From: Candidatus Krumholzibacteriota bacterium
Lineage (GTDB): Bacteria; Krumholzibacteriota; Krumholzibacteriia; JAJRXK01
Assembly: GCA_963727455.1 (NCBI GenBank)
Contig: CAVSGG010000002.1
Span: 1-43,075, forward strand
Direction of reading: 5' to 3'
Length of the DNA stretch: 43,075 nt
The notes below the pieces were generated by a model, which saw nothing but the letters and a program-made list of their open reading frames with translations, did no database searches and was not told the DNA's origin. Positions 8,962-18,124 of the stretch are shown piece after piece. Position 1 is the first letter of the stretch; each line of letters opens with the position of its first letter. The position numbers were made by a program, and so were the translations under genes.

Positions 8962-9231
8962 TTGACGACGAAGCTTCTGTGGGTGGCGCTGGCGGTCTTT
9001 CTGCTGAATCTCCCCTTTGGCTACTGGCGGGCGAGCACCGAAAAATTCTCGCGCAACTGGTTTCTCGCGGTGCATTCCCCGGTACCGCTGGTAGTGGCCC
9101 TGCGAATTCTCTCTGGTTTGGGCTGGCATCTCTCTTCGGTGCCCTTCCTGGTGGCCGCATTTTTCGGCGGTCAGTTCGTGGGCGGACGCATCAACCACTC
9201 GAAGGCGACTCCCTCAGTCCGCGCGCGCTGA
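8962..9231 (+). CDS. Small conserved-looking integral membrane protein (89 aa, about 3 TM)
   Basis: Hydrophobic C-terminal part of ORF 8608..9231: LLWVALAVFLLNLPFGYWRASTEKFSRNWFLAVHSPVPLVVALR..AAFFGGQFVGGR. TTG start at 8962 follows GGGAGG (8948-8953). I recall NxPFGYWR..W..A.H.PVP as a conserved hypothetical family. Confidence 0.75.
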   Translation: MTTKLLWVALAVFLLNLPFGYWRASTEKFSRNWFLAVHSPVPLVVALRILSGLGWHLSSVPFLVAAFFGGQFVGGRINHSKATPSVRAR

Positions 9232-9381
9232 GTTCCATTTCCACCGCAGTTTGCTTCACGGCACTTCAGCGAGCTTTCGATTGCGCCGTGGCGGTGCGTC
9301 TTGCGCAGAACGGCTCAAAGTGCCACTTTCAAACGCGAACCCCGCGACCCTTCTTCTCGCGCGCAGTCTCTGGAGGTACTC

Positions 9382-12378
9382 ATGCGTTCGCTTTCACCCT
9401 CTCGTCTTGCGGCGTTGATCGTTTTCTTGGCACTCAGCGTCAGCGTCGGAGCTCTTGCCGTGGACACCACGGACATCTGGAACTTCCTCCCGGTTGGGGA
9501 GGTCGGGGCCCCCGAGTTTCTCGCCGCCCATCCCAAGTACGACGGACGCGGCGTGGTAATCTTCGTTCTGGATACCGGAGTGGACATGGGAATTCCGGGC
9601 TTGACCGAGACTTCGACTGGCGAGGTGAAGGTCATCGGCGCGCGCGATTTTTCCGGGCAGGGAAAGGTCAAGCTGAAGAAAGCCGAGTGGGTGGAGAAGG
9701 AGACGCCGCGAGTTCTGCAGGTTGCTGACGGCCTGCGGCTGGAGGGCTTCGATGCGCTGCCGGTGGCTCCTTCGGATTCCAATGAGGTCTGGACGGGAGA
9801 GCTGAAGGAATCGGAATTCCTCAACAGCGAGAGCATCACCGACCTGAACGACAACGGCACCACCGACGACCAGTGGGGCATCGTCGTGTATTCCGCGCCA
9901 CGCAGCGCGGTGGAAGCGAAGCTGGGAACGGGTCGCGGGGTCACCCTGCGCAAGTCCTGGGGCAAGGACGCCGCCGCAGCCGAAGCCAAGGCCGACGCGA
10001 GCAAGAATGTGTGGCTCTGCGTGATCGACGTCGACGGCGATGGACATCTCGACGACGAGACCCTCCTGCGCGATTACACGACGGACTTCCAGACCATTCA
10101 CTTCCGCGACGAATCGGTAGAGAAGAGCCGCGATCGCATGAGCTTCGCGATCGATCTCACTGGCGATGACACGCCGCACTTGAATTTGCATCACGATGAC
10201 GGGGGGCATGGCAGCCACGTCTCGGGAATGGCCTCCGGATTCTCCGTGCACGGCCAGAAGGGCCTCAATGGCGTGGCGCCGGGCGCGTACGTCTACAGTC
10301 TGAAGATCGGAGACAATCTGCTCGCCGGGGGAAGCACCACGACCGAATCCATGAAGAAGGCCTACGACTACGCCGCGAAGTGGATGGATGAGTACAAGAT
10401 GCCCTGCGTCATCAACATGAGTTATGGCATCGACAGCGAGATCGAGGGCGATGCCCGCATGGAGAACTACCTGGACAAGCTTCTCGACGATCATTCGCGC
10501 CTGGTCATCGTGAACAGCGCGGGCAACAGCGGTCCCGGCATCTCCACCGTGGGTCTTCCCGCCTCGGCGGACGGGGTCATCGCGGCCGGCGCGCTCTTCA
10601 CCAAGGCCATGGCCAAGGACCTCTATGGAGCCAGCTTTCCGCAGGATCAGCTCTACGTGTTCAGCTCTCGCGGTGGGGAAGTGGCCAAGCCGGACGTGGT
10701 GGCGCCGGGAGGGGCGAGCAGCACCGTGCCCCTGTGGGGGGACCGTGACCGCTACAATGGCACCAGCATGGCTTCGCCCATGACAACGGGCAGCGTGGCC
10801 TGCATTCTCTCGGGCCTATCCCAGGAGGGGAAGAGCTGGAACTTCGGAACCATACAACGCGCGCTGCGCCACACGGGAAAGCGGCTCCCCGGCTATACTC
10901 CCATCGAAGTGGGTGGCGGCGTGGTCGATATCTCGAGCGCCTTCGCGGCGGCCAGCGCATACTCCGACGCGGGTGAGCCGGATGAGCTGACCGTGATCAA
11001 GGTTCGCACCGAGGCGCCCTTCCAGCCCGACGGAAAGGCGCCGGCTGCCTACTGGCGCGGCGGATGGTATCCCCACGATGGCTATGATCAGAGTTTCACC
11101 ATCAGCCCGCGCTTTCCCGATTGGCTGAGCAACGACAAGCGGAACAAATTCTATCGCGCCTGGCGACTCAGAGCCGATTCGTCCTGGATCCACCTGGACC
11201 GCGGCGAGACCTACATCAACGGAGATGCCGATCAGACCATCCGCGCGTCCTACTCCGGCAAGGAGCTCGAGGAGCCCGGTCTGCACGTGGGCCGCATCTT
11301 CGCCGAGTCGAAGGGACTGGGCCGCTCCGGGAATGCCGCATACGACTTCGAGATCGTGGTGACGGTGGTGACGCCCTACACCTTCGGTCCGAAGGAGGGC
11401 TACACCCGCAGTTGGCCGGGGCGCACGCTTGAGGCCGGCGGCGTCGAGCACTACTTCTTGCGGATCCCGGCCGGCGCCACCGCGATGCACGCGAAGCTGG
11501 AGATTCCCCAGGGAAAAGAGGGGCTGGCCTGGCCCGTGTTCTACGACAACGCGGGACACGAACGCGGATACTTCCGGGGCGTCGCGGATAGCCGGGGCGA
11601 GCGCTCCGTGGAATATGACTTCAGCGGGGAAAATCTCACGCCGGGGGTGTGGGAACTCGTCGCACGCGGCTCTCGCACCCAGGCCCGATCCTCGGTTTAC
11701 GATCTCAGCGTGGACTTCTCCGCCTTCGCGGCCGACCCCGCGACCATCGAGAGCATGGATTTCGACGCGCCGGCGTCCTCGCCCACGACCAAGCTCAGCA
11801 TCACGCCGCTCTTCGACGATGTCTTCACAGGCCGCCTCGAGGGCAGCATCGACTCCTATCGGCGCGAACGGAAGATCGAGGTGAAGAACGACGACGAGTG
11901 GAGTTACGAGTTCGAGCTCTCGAAGGAAGTTCCCAGCGTCGATTTCAAATTGGAAATGAGCCGAGAGGTCTACAACCTGATGACCGACGTTCCGGTGAAC
12001 ATCTACGATTCCACGGGGAAGGCCGTGGTCGTCGACGGCTTCAACCAGCGCGATCTGCGCACCGGTCTGCACAATGCTTCTCCGGGAACCTACACCCTGA
12101 GGGTCGATGCGGGCTTTGCGATGGCCAAGGACGAGGCCGATTGGGGCTTCTCTCTGGAGGAGAATTTTCATCTCGCGAAGAAAGTCCGTCTGGTGGGAAA
12201 GGTGCGGGACAAGTCGAGGTTCCGGGTCTATCCCGAGGCGCAGCTTCCAGTGGAAGTCTCGGCGGACGGAACCCCGCCCATGGCGCCGGACGGATTCGAG
12301 AACGGTGGCGCACTCAACTTGCTGGATACCACAGATAACGCGGTGAAGCTCAAGATTCCCGTGCGACTCTCGCGCTAG
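9382..12378 (+). CDS. Secreted S8 subtilase, tripeptidyl-peptidase II-like
   Basis: Signal peptide; EVGAPEFLAAHPKYDGRGVVIFVLDTGVD (Asp), HGSHVSG (His), GVAPGA..SLKIGD, INMSYG, SAGNSGPGISTVG, GTSMASP (Ser). Long Asp-to-His insert. GGAGG SD before ATG 9382. Confidence 0.9.
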   Translation: MRSLSPSRLAALIVFLALSVSVGALAVDTTDIWNFLPVGEVGAPEFLAAHPKYDGRGVVIFVLDTGVDMGIPGLTETSTGEVKVIGARDFSGQGKVKLKKAEWVEKETPRVLQVADGLRLEGFDALPVAPSDSNEVWTGELKESEFLNSESITDLNDNGTTDDQWGIVVYSAPRSAVEAKLGTGRGVTLRKSWGKDAAAAEAKADASKNVWLCVIDVDGDGHLDDETLLRDYTTDFQTIHFRDESVEKSRDRMSFAIDLTGDDTPHLNLHHDDGGHGSHVSGMASGFSVHGQKGLNGVAPGAYVYSLKIGDNLLAGGSTTTESMKKAYDYAAKWMDEYKMPCVINMSYGIDSEIEGDARMENYLDKLLDDHSRLVIVNSAGNSGPGISTVGLPASADGVIAAGALFTKAMAKDLYGASFPQDQLYVFSSRGGEVAKPDVVAPGGASSTVPLWGDRDRYNGTSMASPMTTGSVACILSGLSQEGKSWNFGTIQRALRHTGKRLPGYTPIEVGGGVVDISSAFAAASAYSDAGEPDELTVIKVRTEAPFQPDGKAPAAYWRGGWYPHDGYDQSFTISPRFPDWLSNDKRNKFYRAWRLRADSSWIHLDRGETYINGDADQTIRASYSGKELEEPGLHVGRIFAESKGLGRSGNAAYDFEIVVTVVTPYTFGPKEGYTRSWPGRTLEAGGVEHYFLRIPAGATAMHAKLEIPQGKEGLAWPVFYDNAGHERGYFRGVADSRGERSVEYDFSGENLTPGVWELVARGSRTQARSSVYDLSVDFSAFAADPATIESMDFDAPASSPTTKLSITPLFDDVFTGRLEGSIDSYRRERKIEVKNDDEWSYEFELSKEVPSVDFKLEMSREVYNLMTDVPVNIYDSTGKAVVVDGFNQRDLRTGLHNASPGTYTLRVDAGFAMAKDEADWGFSLEENFHLAKKVRLVGKVRDKSRFRVYPEAQLPVEVSADGTPPMAPDGFENGGALNLLDTTDNAVKLKIPVRLSR

Positions 12379-12395
12379 CAGGCTAGACTTGATCT

Positions 12396-12422
12396 GAGAC
12401 GGGGCGGGCTCCGCTCCGTCTC
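12396..12422 (+). terminator. GC-rich hairpin after the S8 gene (weak terminator or mRNA stabiliser)
   Basis: gagacggggcgg-gct-ccgctccgtctc, 12 bp with 1 G-U; the tail is pyrimidine-rich but not poly-U. Confidence 0.35.
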
Positions 12423-12486
12423 CTCGTTCTCTCCTTCCCGGGTGCGCTCGCCCGCGCGTTCGGGACTTCTGCCCGTGGAGGTGACA

Positions 12487-13194
12487 ATGATGTCGGGCCG
12501 CGGCAAGTTGATAACAGGTCCCATTCTCATTGTGATCGGCATCCTGCTGCTCGTGGGACATTCCATTCGTTGGCAAGCCTTCAGTGTGTTCTGGCTGCTT
12601 CTGCTGTTCGCGGCAGGTGTGGCCCTCCTGGTAGTGTTTTCTCGGGGACGCAGGGAAGCCGCGGTCCTCAGTGGTGGCGTTCTCATCACTCTTTTGGCGC
12701 TGCATTTCTTCATGCTGCGCATCGGCTGGGTTGGGTTTCGCGCCTCCTGGCCCTTCTTTCTCCTCGCACCCGGATTGGCTCTACTCTCGGTTGCCGCCTC
12801 GGACCGGCAGAACAAGGATGCCCTGGGACCGGCCATAACCCTCATCAGCATCTCCGTCATCTGTTACCTCTTCACCCTGGGGATTCTCGCGGGCATCGTG
12901 AAGCTGCTGCTGGGAATTCTGAGATTCCTCGTGCGCTACCTCTTGCCCCTAGGACTCATCGCATGGGGTATCTTGATGCTGGTGGAGCGCCGCGCTGAAA
13001 GAGGCTCGGCTTCGGACGAGCTCAAGCCCGAACCGGTTCCCGTTGCTCCAGTGGAGAAAGTCGAACCGGCCGATCCCCTGGAAGACCAGGAGGTCGAGGA
13101 AGCGGAAGAGGTCGAGGACGCCGAAGTAGTGGACGAGTCGGACGAATCGGACGAGTACGGCAGCGACGAAGAGCCCGGACCCAAGTACTACTGA
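12487..13194 (+). CDS. Multi-pass membrane protein (LiaF/DUF5668-like TM region) with highly acidic C-terminal tail
   Basis: GPILIVIGILLL, WPFFLLAPGLALL, LPLGLIAWGILML segments; tail DPLEDQEVEEAEEVEDAEVVDESDESDEYGSDEE. GGAGGT SD; start at 12487 or 12490. Confidence 0.75.
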   Translation: MMSGRGKLITGPILIVIGILLLVGHSIRWQAFSVFWLLLLFAAGVALLVVFSRGRREAAVLSGGVLITLLALHFFMLRIGWVGFRASWPFFLLAPGLALLSVAASDRQNKDALGPAITLISISVICYLFTLGILAGIVKLLLGILRFLVRYLLPLGLIAWGILMLVERRAERGSASDELKPEPVPVAPVEKVEPADPLEDQEVEEAEEVEDAEVVDESDESDEYGSDEEPGPKYY

Positions 13195-13221
13195 GTCCCT
13201 TGCCGAGATCCCTTCTCGTGG

Positions 13222-13258
13222 TGGCGCGGTGGACCGAGTTCACCGCGCCGTTTTCTGT
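13222..13258 (+). terminator. Intrinsic terminator between convergent genes
   Basis: ggcgcggtggac-cga-gttcaccgcgcc (12 bp, 1 G-U) followed by GTTTTCTGT. Confidence 0.7.
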
Positions 13259-13263
13259 CTGCC

Positions 13264-14352
13264 TCAGGGCAGGAACGCGCGGGTGTTGGCCAGCTTCTTG
13301 GGGAGATACTCGTCCATGACGTAGTTCAATCCGTGTTTTGCAAGTGCCTGTTGCTCCACGCGCACTCCCATCTTGATGAGCTGTGTGATCGCCTTCTGCC
13401 ACGGCTTGTAGTGCCGGATGAAAGGATCGTTCTTGAGCGCGTCCTTTGCGCGCTTGACGTCGACATCCTTCAAAGGGTGCGTGGGAAGCTTGTAGTCGAT
13501 GATATCTTGCGGGGTCACGCCCAAGAAGTGTGCCTGTGGTACGCAGAAGAACTCGTTGAGATGCGCCGCATTTCCCGACCCCACCTTGAGCGTGCGATAG
13601 ATGTTCCCGTAGCCATAAGGATCGCCGTCGACGAACACGTACACCGGAATCTTGCGCTCGTCACTGAGGCGACGAATGAAGCGGCGGCACGCGCGGGTGG
13701 GAACTCCTCCCATGCTGATGAGAATGCAGTTCGCGGTTCGCCACCACGAGTGTTTCACCAGTCGCTGGAACATTCCTGCGGTTTCGATGGCGAGAATGAA
13801 CTTCGCTTTGGTCTCGAATTTCAAGTCTTCCACCGATGACGGTATGCTGTAGGCCCCGCTCCCGAAGCGAGTGCAGTCGATGCGCAGCTCCTCACCCGTC
13901 TCCCGGTCGCGATCGATGACGACCAGCTTGCCTGCGACATCGCCGCCTTTCTCTTCGGGAATGAAGCCCAGTTGCTCGCGGTTCACTCGAAAGAGAGCCT
14001 CGACGTCATCCATCACCGTGTCGCTCTCCGTCTGCTCGTTGAAACGCGCGTCGTCCCAGTTCTTCGAAACGTAATAGGCCTCACGCTTGGTGGCGATGTC
14101 GTCGGTCTCCACCAGCTGCTTGCAGAGGGACATCATGCGTAGGCTCTGCGCAAAGGTCTTCACCGTGTTCACGGTGAGCGCGCGTTCCTTGGTCTTGCCC
14201 CGCATCTGGAAGTAGCCCTTTGCCGGACGGTAGGTCACGTTGGCGAGACTGCGTACCGGCATCTTCAGCGAGGGGCTCTTTCGCGCCAGAATTTTCTGAT
14301 GGATGTCCTTTGCCTCATTCTTGATGAGGCTCGAAACTTTCTTCTTCGCCAT
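13264..14352 (-). CDS. top6A: DNA topoisomerase VI subunit A (Spo11-like)
   Basis: ATKREAYY (catalytic Tyr), EQTESDTVMDDVE, Toprim AIETAGMF, GGVPTRACRRF, FVDGDPYG, RVEQQAL. ATG 14352 after GGAGGG SD. Confidence 0.96.
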   Translation of the reverse strand: MAKKKVSSLIKNEAKDIHQKILARKSPSLKMPVRSLANVTYRPAKGYFQMRGKTKERALTVNTVKTFAQSLRMMSLCKQLVETDDIATKREAYYVSKNWDDARFNEQTESDTVMDDVEALFRVNREQLGFIPEEKGGDVAGKLVVIDRDRETGEELRIDCTRFGSGAYSIPSSVEDLKFETKAKFILAIETAGMFQRLVKHSWWRTANCILISMGGVPTRACRRFIRRLSDERKIPVYVFVDGDPYGYGNIYRTLKVGSGNAAHLNEFFCVPQAHFLGVTPQDIIDYKLPTHPLKDVDVKRAKDALKNDPFIRHYKPWQKAITQLIKMGVRVEQQALAKHGLNYVMDEYLPKKLANTRAFLP

Positions 14353-14366
14353 CGACGAATTCCCTC

Positions 14367-15023
14367 CTAACGCAGCCACTCATCCAGTGCCGAGACGGCT
14401 TTCTCGATTCCCGCTTGCACTTCATGTACCTGCGCCTTGTACATGTAGGCCGGAGTGGTGACAATCTTGTGTTCGACATCGACGACGCAAGCGTCCACCA
14501 CGCAGTCGACGTGCTTGGCGCCCATACTCTCCAGCGCCTTCGCGGTGGCCGGATCATTGCCGATAGTGAGTTGTACGCTCGGATTGCCGCGCAGCGTTGC
14601 CGCCAAGAGGGCAGGCGCAATGCACCAGGCGCCGACCGGTTTCCCCGATTCCACGGTGGACCGAATGAGTTGGCCTACCTCGGGCTGGACTTTACAGTCC
14701 GCGCCCTTGAGGGCGAAGTCACAGAGATTCAGCGCCGCGCCAAATCCACCCGGCATGATCAGAGCATCGAGTCCAACCACTTCCTTCGGAGTCTTCGGCG
14801 CGCCACGAAAAATACGCGCCGCTTCTTCTGACACGTTGCGGGTTTGATCCTTCATCGTCTGCATGGACTTGTGATTCGTAACGTGATGCTGTGGCACGTC
14901 GGGCGCGATGGGGACGACTTCATGCCCCCGCTTCGAGAGCGCCAAGAGAGTGAATACCGTTTCTTGAATCTCTGCGCCATCTTGAAAACCGCATCCCGAG
15001 ATCATTACTCCGACTTTTGCCAT
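14367..15023 (-). CDS. elbB: DJ-1/PfpI-superfamily glyoxalase ElbB (ES1-like)
   Basis: SGCGFQDGAEIQE, APDVPQHHVTNH, RNVSEEAARIFRG, MPGGFGAALNLCDFA, GAWCIAP (nucleophilic Cys), LTIGND, KIVTTPAYM. Confidence 0.93.
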   Translation of the reverse strand: MAKVGVMISGCGFQDGAEIQETVFTLLALSKRGHEVVPIAPDVPQHHVTNHKSMQTMKDQTRNVSEEAARIFRGAPKTPKEVVGLDALIMPGGFGAALNLCDFALKGADCKVQPEVGQLIRSTVESGKPVGAWCIAPALLAATLRGNPSVQLTIGNDPATAKALESMGAKHVDCVVDACVVDVEHKIVTTPAYMYKAQVHEVQAGIEKAVSALDEWLR

Positions 15024-15068
15024 TGTTCTTCCTCCCTTGCTTTCGATGCGGACCGGCGCACCTTCCCG

Positions 15069-16688
15069 CTAGCTTTGCCGGCTCCGGTACATCGTATCGG
15101 TCAGTGTGGTCACTACTTTCTTTTCCTGAGGATCGGAGAGGCCGAGGATCTCCTGCAAAGCCACGCCGATGTGCGGAATGTACTTTTCGATGTAAGCGCG
15201 CTTCTTGGCCGCATCACGTTCGCGCTGTCCACGCCGGATGTGGCGAGCCAATTTGCGGCCGATTTCCTGCAGGGCGAGACGCAGCTCCTTGCTGATCTCA
15301 TCGTAGCTCGCGATGGCCTCCTTGCTCTCGCTCGTGAACGGCACCCAAACGCTGGCGAGGTGCACCATGAGCAGCATGGGCGCGGCGGGTAGCGCTCCCC
15401 GGCTCTGCGAAAGCCCGTAGGCTTTCCAGCGCGTGCCGACCACACTCTTGGTGATTATGCACGCGCCGGCTTGATACTGCAGGGGCACCCGATTCGCATA
15501 ACGCAGAAGCGAAATGAGCTCGTCTTTTTCGAGTTGTCCGCCGTACGCGACCCCCACTTCCACCTGGAAGGGATTGCCGCGATAGACCGATGGACTTCGC
15601 GTGACCGCGTCGTAGAAATCGGCTTCGATCTGGGTGCGCAAACTCGCCACGATTCTCTCCTCGCCAATGGGAGAGAGGCAGTCCACCGAGGGCGCCGGAA
15701 TTTTCGTTTTGCGAATGCCCTCGATGAGCTTCTCCGCCTTGTCGGTCGAGACGCGCCGCGGTGAGGTGGTGGGCTGTAAACCGGTGGGCTCGATGATCGA
15801 GAGCGCGGTCTTGGGCCCCACGCGCGAGAACTCGCTTTGAAAGAAGCCCTTGAGTTGCCGGCTCTTGGTGTCCTTCAGCATGCGCATGAGCATCCCGACT
15901 TCCACTCCATAGGGGTGCGGTTTGATCTCGAGCGCCTCGTCCGGGAGTTTCTTGCTGGCGCGTTGGAATACCTGCGGCTCGGTGGCGCCTGGCGCCAGGT
16001 AACTCAACGAAATGTGGGGATTGGCTAGAACGGTCTGCTGCAAATAGGAGTCTACTCCGTGGCGACCCTTCTTGTAGATGCCCTCGAGTTCGATTTCTAC
16101 TCGCGTGCCCCGCGGTTTGTCCTGCCAATCCACCTCTTTTTCCTTCTTGATGATCGGCTCGTTCTTGAGCATGTCGATCACCAGCTCATAGCGATGCGCT
16201 TTCGCGCGGCGAGAAATGCGGCTCTCCACGACGATCGGACGCCCTGTCGTGAGCTGCCCGTACATTCCAGCGGCCGAGATTCCGATTCCCTGCTGTCCTC
16301 GGCTCTGCCTGAGGCGATGGAATTTCGAACCGTAGAGGAGTTTGCCGAAAATGCGCGGAACCTGCGCCTTCACGATACCCGGTCCGTTGTCCTCGACGAT
16401 GACCCTATAGCGGTTTTCGCCGGCGGGGAGGATTTCCACCTGCAGTTCGGGGAGAACCCCGGCTTCCTCACAGGCATCCAGCGAGTTGTCGACCGCTTCT
16501 TTGATGGTGGTGAGCAGAGCTTTGGTCGGTGAATCGAAGCCCAGCAGGTGGCGATTCTTGGTGAAAAATTCGCTCACCGAGATCTCTCGCTGCTGGCTGG
16601 CCATGCTCTCCGCAGTGGCGACGGTTCGCGGCGCTTTCGCTCCGCGCGGTTTGCTCGCCTTGGTCCTCGTCTTCGTTCGTCTTGCCAT
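15069..16688 (-). CDS. top6B: DNA topoisomerase VI subunit B (GHKL ATPase)
   Basis: [82 protein letters not shown]. Start set at MARRTK (16688). Confidence 0.96.
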   Translation of the reverse strand: MARRTKTRTKASKPRGAKAPRTVATAESMASQQREISVSEFFTKNRHLLGFDSPTKALLTTIKEAVDNSLDACEEAGVLPELQVEILPAGENRYRVIVEDNGPGIVKAQVPRIFGKLLYGSKFHRLRQSRGQQGIGISAAGMYGQLTTGRPIVVESRISRRAKAHRYELVIDMLKNEPIIKKEKEVDWQDKPRGTRVEIELEGIYKKGRHGVDSYLQQTVLANPHISLSYLAPGATEPQVFQRASKKLPDEALEIKPHPYGVEVGMLMRMLKDTKSRQLKGFFQSEFSRVGPKTALSIIEPTGLQPTTSPRRVSTDKAEKLIEGIRKTKIPAPSVDCLSPIGEERIVASLRTQIEADFYDAVTRSPSVYRGNPFQVEVGVAYGGQLEKDELISLLRYANRVPLQYQAGACIITKSVVGTRWKAYGLSQSRGALPAAPMLLMVHLASVWVPFTSESKEAIASYDEISKELRLALQEIGRKLARHIRRGQRERDAAKKRAYIEKYIPHIGVALQEILGLSDPQEKKVVTTLTDTMYRSRQS

Positions 16689-16856
16689 CCGTTCGCCTCT
16701 TGGAATGCATGGAGCTTGGTTTTCTAAGCGGTCCCGAGACATCGCCGCATCCTAGACCTAGATGGCACTTCTGTCACGGTCGCGCAAGCGGACGAACGCC
16801 GTTCCGTGCTTACCCGAATCGCGAAAGCAGCAAACGGAACAAAATTTTCGGGGATT

Positions 16857-18008
16857 TCAGTGCACTTGCACGCTGGCGAGAAGTTGTCCCACCTGAGTTG
16901 CCGCGGGGGAACTCTGGCTGGGCGACCATTCATACCAGAGGGTGATGTGTTGGAGGCCGCGGGCGGCGGTGACGATGCGCACCTCGCGCTTGCTGCCGCG
17001 GTAGCTTCCTCTAGCGCTCAGCGACCAGGCGGTGAGAGTACCCAGAGTGGAGGCTCCACTATCGCTCACCTGCAGATTCCAGCCCTTCCGCTGCGCATCG
17101 TTCAATGTCTTTCGGGCCCAGCCCCGGTTGCTCCAGGCGGTGGGAGTCCGCGGCGCGATCCGCAGGTCCATCAACGCGTTCTCGGTGAGATGGGCGGCGG
17201 CGAAGAGTTCGTCGCCGGTGGGCTGAAGAAATTCCCAGCCCGGCGACGGCATTTCCAAATGGAGTCCATAGTGCGGATTGTCGTAGAAGGGTTCGATCGA
17301 GACCGCGTCTTGGCGCTGGATGTGCAGGCTGTCTCGCCATTGCAACGCCACCCATTGCCCCGTCACTGCAAGAACGAGAGTCAGCGCGCAGCTGATCACG
17401 AGCGATCGTCTCAGCCAGCGTGGTGTCGTATCTTCCGGAAGTCGCGACAGCGTTCTCTTGTCTCCGTAGGCCACGATGTAAGCGTGGATCGCGGACGACA
17501 CCAAGATGAGTTCTCCGAGGATCGCCAGTTTCGGCGCGAAGATGGCCAGGGCGAAATGAAACAGGAAGGCGGCTCCGCCGCCGATCAGAGCCCAAAGGCG
17601 CATGCCCAGCATTTCGTAACCCGCGCCGTAGCCCACCAGATTCCAGAACGCGACTCTGCGCGGCGACTCAGGGTATTGCGCGATGCGCCCATCGGCCTTC
17701 TCGTAGCGCAGCAGGGCCGCGTCGGCCACTGCGTAGAGGTAGAGAGCGCCGCTTCCGCGCAGTCCGATCCAGCAGATCAGCGGCCAACCCATCGTAAAGC
17801 CCAGAGAAAGCACGATTTGGGCGAGGAGGGAGAGGAGCAGGATCGCGACGCCCTCTCGCACTTTGCGCAGGAGAATGTGGCCGGCTCCCGGCACGAGGGC
17901 CGCGGCCACCAGAATCAACCACAGCGGTCGCTGCAGCCTTCGCCGCGGCACGACCGGCGGGGGCGGTGGCTCCAAAGGCTTGTCGGAAAACAAGTTGAGT
18001 GAGTCCAT
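16857..18008 (-). CDS. Hypothetical multi-pass membrane protein with C-terminal soluble domain
   Basis: About 7 hydrophobic segments, including two similar PGAGH/YGAGY re-entrant motifs. C-terminal FYDNPHYGLHLEMPSPGWE.. domain is reminiscent of the PsbP/Mog1 fold (weak). Confidence 0.65.
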   Translation of the reverse strand: MDSLNLFSDKPLEPPPPPVVPRRRLQRPLWLILVAAALVPGAGHILLRKVREGVAILLLSLLAQIVLSLGFTMGWPLICWIGLRGSGALYLYAVADAALLRYEKADGRIAQYPESPRRVAFWNLVGYGAGYEMLGMRLWALIGGGAAFLFHFALAIFAPKLAILGELILVSSAIHAYIVAYGDKRTLSRLPEDTTPRWLRRSLVISCALTLVLAVTGQWVALQWRDSLHIQRQDAVSIEPFYDNPHYGLHLEMPSPGWEFLQPTGDELFAAAHLTENALMDLRIAPRTPTAWSNRGWARKTLNDAQRKGWNLQVSDSGASTLGTLTAWSLSARGSYRGSKREVRIVTAARGLQHITLWYEWSPSQSSPAATQVGQLLASVQVH

Positions 18009-18124
18009 CGGGCGGACGATCCTCTCCTTCGACCGGCTCTGTCGGCCTCCGCCACAGCGGGGCGGGCGCGCACAAAACTCTGCGAAAGGGTCGAGAGGGA
18101 AGATTCGTGCCGATTTTCCGCCGC

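Noticed and set aside
10816-12705. Long antisense or alternate-frame ORFs (629 aa here; also 1644..3290, 16806..18002, 17999..19354, 20969..22261, 28693..29961, 36665..37822)
   Set aside because: Shadow ORFs typical of GC-rich DNA, lying opposite genes with clear family motifs.
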